A stretch of 64,000 nucleotides of DNA, taken from positions 2,533 through 66,532 of the forward strand of contig JAYTSU010000021.1 of assembly GCA_043745485.1 (NCBI GenBank), in the 5' to 3' direction. The stretch comes from Candidatus Saccharimonadota bacterium. GTDB taxonomy: Bacteria; Patescibacteriota; Saccharimonadia; Saccharimonadales; JACDBH01. A model generated the notes under the pieces. It was not told the DNA's origin, did no database searches, and saw nothing but the letters and a program-made list of their open reading frames with translations. Within the stretch, counting starts at the first letter, position 1; each line of letters opens with the position of its first letter. This document shows positions 57,527 through 64,000 of the stretch, in pieces. Made by a program: the position numbers and the translations under genes.

Positions 57527-58703
57527 TATACGGATCTCCTAGTTGATTATTAGCAATACTATACCTACTATACCGCGAAATCTGGAAAGCTAGGCCTAAA
57601 GCGGCTGTGACAAACAACACACTGGTTCCTCCCGTACTAATAAACGGCAACGTGATGCCTTTGAGTGGTAAAAGTCCAATCATGGCGCCAATGTTTATAG
57701 CCGCTTGCACACTAAACCACGCCAACATACCGGTCACTAAAAAGCCGGCAAAATCATCCGGAGCTTTTTCGATTATTTTAGCTAAGCGACCAAAGAAAAC
57801 GGCGTACGCGGCCAAGATTAAAGTCATCCCCACAAAGCCAAATTTCTCTGATAGAATAGCAAAAATAGAGTCGTTAGATGCTTCAGGTAGATAACCATAC
57901 GCCTGGACACTCTTACCAAGACCCAGGCCAAACATTCCCCCTGACCCAACTGCAATGAGCGCTTGGCATGACTGATAGCCTGTAGTTTGACAGTTGGCTG
58001 CTGGGTGCAAAAACGTCAACAGACGTTGCCGACGATACGGAATGGCTGAGATGAGCAATATAATGCCAATGGCAACCGTACCACCTATCATCATAATACG
58101 CTTGAGTGGCAATCCTGCCACAAACACCATAGCAGCAATCATGCCGATCATCACCGCAGTCGAACCGAGATCACTTTCTAATAGCCCAACCACTATAGCG
58201 ATAGCTACTAAGCATATAGCGAGCGGTTTCAATGTTGTTTGCCAATTATCTAATAGGCCTGATTTTTTGCTACGCGCCAATAAGTCGGCTAACCAAATGA
58301 GTAAAGTAAACTTAATAAGCTCAGCCGCTTGAAAAGAAAACCCTCCGATCTGTACCCATCTATACGCACCATTTACCCGAGCGCCAAAGAACTGCACCGC
58401 CAGAGCTGTAATGATTGATGCAATAATAAGGGGCTTTATAGCATGTCGCCACCACTGATATGGCACTCGCGAAAGCAAGACAAAAGCTATACCACCAAGC
58501 CCCACCGCAACTAACTGTTTGGTAATATAATATGCTTCCGAGACATTATTATGGTTACTAACACCTGGACTAATGGCATACACAACCACAACTCCAATGC
58601 CTAGAAGCCCGGTTGCAATCAACGGCAACCAATAATCCGGCCTATGGCGACGCTGTTCTGTGTTATTACTATTTGGCCGTCGACGAGCCCGTAATGTTTG
58701 CAT
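57459..58703 (-). CDS. ftsW: SEDS-family peptidoglycan glycosyltransferase FtsW
   Basis: It is polytopic with SEDS motifs (LPEASNDSIFAILSEKFG, GLLPLKGITLPFISTGGTS). Its 3' end overlaps murG by 68 nt. Confidence 0.85.
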   Translation of the reverse strand: MQTLRARRRPNSNNTEQRRHRPDYWLPLIATGLLGIGVVVVYAISPGVSNHNNVSEAYYITKQLVAVGLGGIAFVLLSRVPYQWWRHAIKPLIIASIITALAVQFFGARVNGAYRWVQIGGFSFQAAELIKFTLLIWLADLLARSKKSGLLDNWQTTLKPLAICLVAIAIVVGLLESDLGSTAVMIGMIAAMVFVAGLPLKRIMMIGGTVAIGIILLISAIPYRRQRLLTFLHPAANCQTTGYQSCQALIAVGSGGMFGLGLGKSVQAYGYLPEASNDSIFAILSEKFGFVGMTLILAAYAVFFGRLAKIIEKAPDDFAGFLVTGMLAWFSVQAAINIGAMIGLLPLKGITLPFISTGGTSVLFVTAALGLAFQISRYSRYSIANNQLGDPYNDDPTNGRGQRRTYYTAARRRA

Positions 58704-58720
58704 GTTTGTTGTTGCTTTGT

Positions 58721-59761
58721 TTATAACTGTTTACTAAAAAAGAACAGAGCCAGCCCAATTACGCCCATTACTTGGCCAATAATCCAAAAGCGCATAGTAA
58801 CCTTGGTTTCTTCCCAGCCCAGTGCTTCAAAGTGATGATGGATTGGAGCAATTCTGAAAATCTTCTTGCCGTGCCTGAGTTTCTTGGACGTCATCTGGAG
58901 CGCACTTGAACCAGCCTCTACAACAAAAAGGAGCCCAATAACTGGTAAAATCAACACCGTATCCGTAAGCATTGCAACTACTCCCAGTGCAGTCCCCAGG
59001 GCAAATGATCCCACATCTCCCATAAAGAACCGTGCTGGAAATATGTTAAACCAGGTGTAACTGAGGAGTGTCCCTACAATCGTCATGCAGAATCCCGCAA
59101 TGCCGTAGCGCTTCTCTAAAAATGCAATGATTGCATACATTGCAAACGCAATTGCCGAGAGACCGCCTGCCAGTCCATCAAGTCCATCGGTGATATTAAC
59201 AGCATTAGCGGTAGACACGACTACCAAAACAAACAATGGCACTATCAACCAGCCTAGATGTAACGGGTTATTCAAAAGTGGAATGTGAATGCTATTTACG
59301 TCAAGCTTAACGTAAAACCACCAACCGCCGACCAGTGCCACCATCGTAATCAAAAACATCTTCATCTTGGCACGCATACCTGCTATGCCACCGTTGCTAT
59401 GGATGTTAAACATATCATCTACAAACCCAATAAGCCCGGCACCAACCATGGCAGCCAATGGGAGCCAGGTTTCTGTACGTTGTAGGTTTGATGTAAGCGT
59501 AACTATGAGTGTGGCCAGTACAAAAATAATACCGGCTGCGGTTGGAATATTCCTGCGATGCTTTGCGCCATGCAGTTTCTGAAAAACTGTTGCTATGCCA
59601 CCTGAAACGTCTGTGGTACGCGCTTTCTTCCACCACTGGTGCTTATAGGCATAGGTGGTATAAAGTGGCGTTAGAAGCATACTGAATGTAAAGCCCGCGA
59701 ATCCGAGGAGTAAAATATGCGTCAATGTGCTTATATCAACGGTGATGTTTACGACTGACAT
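58721..59761 (-). CDS. mraY: Phospho-N-acetylmuramoyl-pentapeptide transferase
   Basis: It has NAVNITDGLDGLAGG and FMGDVGSFALG motifs and the C-terminal PIHHHFE. Confidence 0.9.
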   Translation of the reverse strand: MSVVNITVDISTLTHILLLGFAGFTFSMLLTPLYTTYAYKHQWWKKARTTDVSGGIATVFQKLHGAKHRRNIPTAAGIIFVLATLIVTLTSNLQRTETWLPLAAMVGAGLIGFVDDMFNIHSNGGIAGMRAKMKMFLITMVALVGGWWFYVKLDVNSIHIPLLNNPLHLGWLIVPLFVLVVVSTANAVNITDGLDGLAGGLSAIAFAMYAIIAFLEKRYGIAGFCMTIVGTLLSYTWFNIFPARFFMGDVGSFALGTALGVVAMLTDTVLILPVIGLLFVVEAGSSALQMTSKKLRHGKKIFRIAPIHHHFEALGWEETKVTMRFWIIGQVMGVIGLALFFFSKQL

Positions 59762-59785
59762 GCTAGGCCTAAGTATAGTGTTTTT

Positions 59786-60859
59786 TTAGTCATTTTTATA
59801 GCGTTTTGTCCTGTACATATCAATATACCACGCCAAGCGCCAAATGAGTGGCTTGTAAACAAAATCTCTGGCACGAATATAGTCAACCTGATAGCCGCCA
59901 AAACTCCGCTTGAACTCCGAATATCCGTTACGTGGATGGTTGGCACTTCGGTTCTTTTCCGATACTATGCCCCAGAAATTATAATGAAGCGCTTCAGGAA
60001 TGTTGGCCTGAATATATTTCATGACTTCATATTGCAACAGATGTGGTGCCGACAGGTCACGTTGCACATCCGAACTTGCCGCGTGCAAATAACTGCCTTC
60101 TTTGCCATAGATTGCTACGAGCGATGCAGCCAAGACTTCACCATCCTTTTCAGCAAAAAAAAGCTTTTCATACCCACTTGGTGCCATGCACGCAAACTGC
60201 TTGCGGTAATAGTCATCCGGATACTTCCCAATCCCGCCTTTTCGGCTGTTGAGTGCGTTCAGCATAATAATAAATATTTCTAAATCTTTTGTGTCACTGC
60301 TCATACGCACCGTCACACCCTCTTTTACGGCCCGCCTTAAATAATACGGTAATTTTTTACGCATACCATGTTCGCGTAACCACGCTAGAAGTGCTGTCTC
60401 GTCTTTTTGTAAGTCCACGAGCCACACACGTTCTGCCTGGCTAAAGATATAAGCCTGTTTAGGATTCAGGGTGTCCAAAGCCTGTTCAGCCACTTCGCCG
60501 CGGATTATGTCTGGATCAACGCGCAGAAACGCTGCTCCACTCTTACCCTTAAAATAGTTCTGTATAGCTCTGTACGCTTCAGTAGTAAGTTCCTGATTAT
60601 CATAATCTAACACAAGCCCCCGTGGGCTGTACCAAAACCTGCCAATTTTGAGCTTTTTAAGTGCAAATTGTCCTGTTGCCACCAACTTTTTACCATCATA
60701 GACACCAATCCGTTCAAATTGCAGCGCACTCGACTCCATAAAGTCTCCCCACTCCCAGGTGTGAAAAAAGGTCACATGTGCTTTGTGCATTCGGCGCTTT
60801 AAAAAGTCATCGTATTCATTATGTTGCTCATCACCAATCTGGTTAACCGTTAAATGCAT
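59786..60859 (-). CDS. FemAB-family peptidyltransferase (peptidoglycan interpeptide bridge formation, FemX-like)
   Basis: It has FFHTWEWGDF...RFWYSPRGLV...YLHAASS...GYSEFKRSFGG, typical of FemABX/MurM proteins. Confidence 0.75.
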   Translation of the reverse strand: MHLTVNQIGDEQHNEYDDFLKRRMHKAHVTFFHTWEWGDFMESSALQFERIGVYDGKKLVATGQFALKKLKIGRFWYSPRGLVLDYDNQELTTEAYRAIQNYFKGKSGAAFLRVDPDIIRGEVAEQALDTLNPKQAYIFSQAERVWLVDLQKDETALLAWLREHGMRKKLPYYLRRAVKEGVTVRMSSDTKDLEIFIIMLNALNSRKGGIGKYPDDYYRKQFACMAPSGYEKLFFAEKDGEVLAASLVAIYGKEGSYLHAASSDVQRDLSAPHLLQYEVMKYIQANIPEALHYNFWGIVSEKNRSANHPRNGYSEFKRSFGGYQVDYIRARDFVYKPLIWRLAWYIDMYRTKRYKND

Positions 60860-62012
60860 TCGCTATCTCCTGTGCAGTTTCTGTTGAGATCCTTAAATCG
60901 GTGGGAAGGTTCAAGATTCGGGATGATATATCCTCCGCAATCGGACATGATCCAGCTACATAACTATACTGTGTAAGATCGTGCACCCCAGGGAAAAATA
61001 ACGGCCTGTACCATTTGCCTATATACATGCCTTTTTTTCTGAATTCTGTAAAAAGCTGGTCGGCTTCGGCTGCAGTTTTTGCAAGCACTGGAAACCTCAC
61101 TAGTGCAAAGTGCGAACCTTCTGGCAGACTCACTGCCTTCACTAAAGTAGTCCGGGAACCTAGCGCATGACTGTATAGTTTGCTAAGTTCAGCACGATGC
61201 GCATAATTCTCATTGTATCCAGAATAGGCTTTGAGTATTTTTCTAATCTGCCACTTTCGTAACCGTTGGCACGGTTCAAAATTAACCGCTCGCTCTTCTA
61301 TAGGCATGATAGGGCTTCTAAACAGTCTAGTTGCAATAAAAAAATTTCTGCAAGCAGTACTCAAAGAAACAGGTAGTCTATTTAGGATCCCGTTCAGGCG
61401 TGGGTATAACCATACGCGTGCGCTCACTATGGCGTTTGTTTTCGGCACATTTTCAAGCTTGTATATCAGCTTTTTGCGAAATTCAGCATCTGCTATAGCA
61501 GAGCTTACCCATACCGCCCCGCCAAAATTAGTTTTTAGGAATTTTTCAGCACCAAAGCTGTGGACTGAAACATCGGCAGCAGGTATTCCATTAGTTTTAT
61601 GTATATAACCTAGGCAGTGCGCTGAATCTTCGACTAAGAGTATTTGTGTCGAATGAGCTACCGCGGACTTTACAGCCTCTATCTCTGCCGGTATGCCGAA
61701 CGTATGCTGTACTACCACCGCTCTAACCTCATCACTAATTAACTCTCTAACTGTCTGAGACGTTACTGAAAATGTTTGTTCAGAAATATCACCATATACT
61801 GGTGTATGACCGGCGGCAATTATAGGATTTATAGCGCTGACACAAGTAAATGCTTGGGTAATAACCTTGCCTGTGCCCTTCTGCTCAGCTACTTCATGAA
61901 AGACCAGCTCCATGCCGTGACGAGCCCGTGAGACAATAAACCAATCATCCGGATGTGTACCACTGGTTTCAGCCAGTTTTTGTTTTAATAACAGCTCGTT
62001 TTTATGTGTCAT
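60843..62012 (-). CDS. DegT/DnrJ/EryC1/StrS-family PLP-dependent aminotransferase-like protein
   Basis: It has a fold-type I pattern with LLVEDSAHCLG and the putative Schiff-base Lys context SFGAEKFLKTNFGGAVWV. Confidence 0.7.
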   Translation of the reverse strand: MTHKNELLLKQKLAETSGTHPDDWFIVSRARHGMELVFHEVAEQKGTGKVITQAFTCVSAINPIIAAGHTPVYGDISEQTFSVTSQTVRELISDEVRAVVVQHTFGIPAEIEAVKSAVAHSTQILLVEDSAHCLGYIHKTNGIPAADVSVHSFGAEKFLKTNFGGAVWVSSAIADAEFRKKLIYKLENVPKTNAIVSARVWLYPRLNGILNRLPVSLSTACRNFFIATRLFRSPIMPIEERAVNFEPCQRLRKWQIRKILKAYSGYNENYAHRAELSKLYSHALGSRTTLVKAVSLPEGSHFALVRFPVLAKTAAEADQLFTEFRKKGMYIGKWYRPLFFPGVHDLTQYSYVAGSCPIAEDISSRILNLPTDLRISTETAQEIANAFNG

Positions 62013-62058
62013 TACTTAGTCATTATACAGTAGTCATGTGTCAGTGTTTGTGGTGCAG

Positions 62059-63834
62059 CTACAGGGCTGGCGAAACAGTGCCATTGTCAATTAATGCCTG
62101 TGTGATTGATGCAAAAATTGGTTCTGCCGCTCCAATACCGGCGCTTTCAACAATATGCGGTTCATGGCTTATTACGAGTATCGTATAATCCGGTTCACTG
62201 CCGCCAACAAAACCAAAAAAAGTACCGTCTGCCCTGTCGGTGTAGTATTTGCCATCAGGACCTGCGACTTCAGCAGTTCCTGTTTTACCCCCCACCATAT
62301 AACCACTCCTGAGTGCATTTTTATACACAACCCCGGCGACCTTGGTCATGATGTTTACGATGGTGTCGCTCGCAGCCTTTGAAACGGTGTTTTTCCTCAA
62401 TGCTTTAGCAGACAGTTGCTTGCCGTCAACCTTATCAATAATGTGCGGTTGCCAATAAGTACCTCCATTAACGACTGCTGTTGACGCTGCGGCCATCTGC
62501 ATGAGGTTTACGCCCATTCCCTGACCAAACGAGGTGTTGGCATATTGAAAATTTAGTCCATAGCCTTTTTTAGGATCTGGCACAGTCCCCGAAGACTCAG
62601 CCGACTGCTCAATACCTGTTGGTTTGCCAAAAAAATAATGGTTCGTCATATAGTCATACCAAAACGTGCGAGCTTTTTCATTAATAGTCCCGCCACCCGC
62701 TGCCTGCAATACTGCCACCACTCCAGTGTTCAACGACCGCTGCATAATACCTTGGAGATCCTCCTGCGGAATTCCCCATAAGTGACTGTTTTTTATTGTG
62801 AGGCCATCTATCACAACACTTCCGGTATTAGTAAATGAAAAATTCGAGTTTATGGCACCCGAATCGAGAGCGGCCGCTATGAGCAATGGTTTCATAATAG
62901 AACCAGGCTCAAGCTCATCAGTCACCGCTGCGTTCTTGTATACTGAAGCGTCTGTGACCGCTCCATAATTAGCGGGATCAAACGATGGATATGAAGCCAT
63001 CGCCTTTACCGCGCCCGTGTGCGTATCCATTATTATCACACTCCCTCGTTTGCTCGCGACGTTATTCAGCCCCTCCTTCAACTTTTCTTCGGCAATCCGC
63101 TGCATTCCAATATCAATAGTCAAATTAACCGATTTACCTTTTTTAGGGTCCACCAAAATATTATCTTTATTAGCTGCTAGCGGAACACCATCGAGATCAG
63201 TTGTAGCTTTTAAATATCCAGGTTTACCGCTGAGCTCATCATTAAAATAACCTTCAAGCCCATATTGTCCCTTGCCCTCGTTATTCACGAAACCCAAAAG
63301 CTGTGCAGCCAATGTACCGTCAGGATATGTCCGGTATGACTCTTCCTGGGTACCTAAGCCGTTATAGCCAAGATCTTTAATCTTATTACTTTGCTCACGC
63401 GTGAGTTTCTTAGCCAATATGACATACCTAAGTTTTGGTGTCTTTAAAATTTCAATAATTTTATTCGTATCACCACCAGTAATTTTGGAAATTGCTGCCG
63501 CCTCTTTTAGTACATCTTTTACATATTTTGGATCGGCATACACCAAATATTTCTTCTCATTTAATACAAGGGGTGTCGATTTGTCGCCGTCATATGCATA
63601 TATTGTTCCTCGTTCTGCCGGGATTTCGTATTGCTTCAGTTGTGACTGCAGTGCAGCCTTGTGATAATAATCATGACGGATAACTTGTAAATAAAACAAC
63701 CGGACGACAAATACAACGGTTAAAAATAGCAAGCAGCTATAAATTATGCGGACGCGCTTAACAGCACTCACCGGTGTAATTTTGCGGGGAATGTTTTTAG
63801 GTTTTTGGCTTTGGTACGGCGTTACTGCGGGCAC
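62059..63834 (-). CDS. ftsI: Class B penicillin-binding protein (FtsI/PBP2-type transpeptidase)
   Basis: It has an N-terminal TM, the SxxK motif (GSIMKP), the SxN motif (SLNTG) and the KTG motif (GGKTGTA). It starts at GTG. Confidence 0.85.
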   Translation of the reverse strand: MPAVTPYQSQKPKNIPRKITPVSAVKRVRIIYSCLLFLTVVFVVRLFYLQVIRHDYYHKAALQSQLKQYEIPAERGTIYAYDGDKSTPLVLNEKKYLVYADPKYVKDVLKEAAAISKITGGDTNKIIEILKTPKLRYVILAKKLTREQSNKIKDLGYNGLGTQEESYRTYPDGTLAAQLLGFVNNEGKGQYGLEGYFNDELSGKPGYLKATTDLDGVPLAANKDNILVDPKKGKSVNLTIDIGMQRIAEEKLKEGLNNVASKRGSVIIMDTHTGAVKAMASYPSFDPANYGAVTDASVYKNAAVTDELEPGSIMKPLLIAAALDSGAINSNFSFTNTGSVVIDGLTIKNSHLWGIPQEDLQGIMQRSLNTGVVAVLQAAGGGTINEKARTFWYDYMTNHYFFGKPTGIEQSAESSGTVPDPKKGYGLNFQYANTSFGQGMGVNLMQMAAASTAVVNGGTYWQPHIIDKVDGKQLSAKALRKNTVSKAASDTIVNIMTKVAGVVYKNALRSGYMVGGKTGTAEVAGPDGKYYTDRADGTFFGFVGGSEPDYTILVISHEPHIVESAGIGAAEPIFASITQALIDNGTVSPAL

Positions 63835-63845
63835 GTTTAATTAAC

Positions 63846-64000
63846 TCAGTTCTGGACTACAGACGTTGGCGCAACAGAAACTAACGAATTAGAAACAGCG
63901 CTATTCTTAGCGCGGTCGAGTGCCTGTAGCCTAGCGGAGGCAACTTCTAATTCATCGTGTTCAGTCTGAAGCGTTGAGGCCTGCGTTCGCAGTGAATTAA
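63846..64000 (-). CDS. Partial (5' end off-window) FtsL-like coiled-coil division protein
   Basis: My translation of the open frame is ...LRTQASTLQTEHDELEVASARLQALDRAKNSAVSNSLVSVAPTSVVQN*, with TGA at 63848-63846. It sits directly upstream of ftsI. Confidence 0.4.
   Translation of the reverse strand, partial: NSLRTQASTLQTEHDELEVASARLQALDRAKNSAVSNSLVSVAPTSVVQN

Overview
Gene-dense chromosomal segment with about 60 CDS, 3 tRNAs and no rRNA, CRISPR, transposase or integrase. It appears to come from a small-genome bacterium with a Gram-positive-type envelope. Standard genetic code applies, since TGA is used as a stop. By inference only, the gene content fits a Patescibacteria/CPR, Saccharibacteria-like organism. 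That content includes a complete F1Fo ATP synthase operon (12216-18937, minus), a reduced dcw cell-wall cluster (55476-64000, minus: ftsL, ftsI, DegT-like, FemAB-like, mraY, ftsW, murG, ftsQ), sortase, LepB, and three membrane-anchored beta-propeller surface proteins. It also includes DUF3048, SemiSWEET, an aquaporin, NDH-2 with heme O synthase and an FAD oxidase, three two-component modules, and housekeeping genes (queA, smpB, pyrH, xth, gltX, der, pth, dprA, topA, rsuA-like). The ORF track uses the longest ATG/GTG/TTG ORFs and omits edge-truncated ORFs. I therefore trimmed several starts and added three CDS it misses (1-1778, 50670-50846, 63846-64000). The most interesting non-coding signal is a 665-bp ORF-free, densely structured locus (49138-49802) that looks like a large ncRNA, possibly an expanded RNase P RNA, though unproven. 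Other signals are a TerC gene with about 125 clearly coding codons and no canonical start, relic duplications next to tRNA-Gln and tRNA-Glu, a recurring 19-nt promoter-associated motif, widespread leaderless-type promoters, a PAS-domain gene relic, and a 615-bp ORF-free AT-rich spacer after ftsQ.
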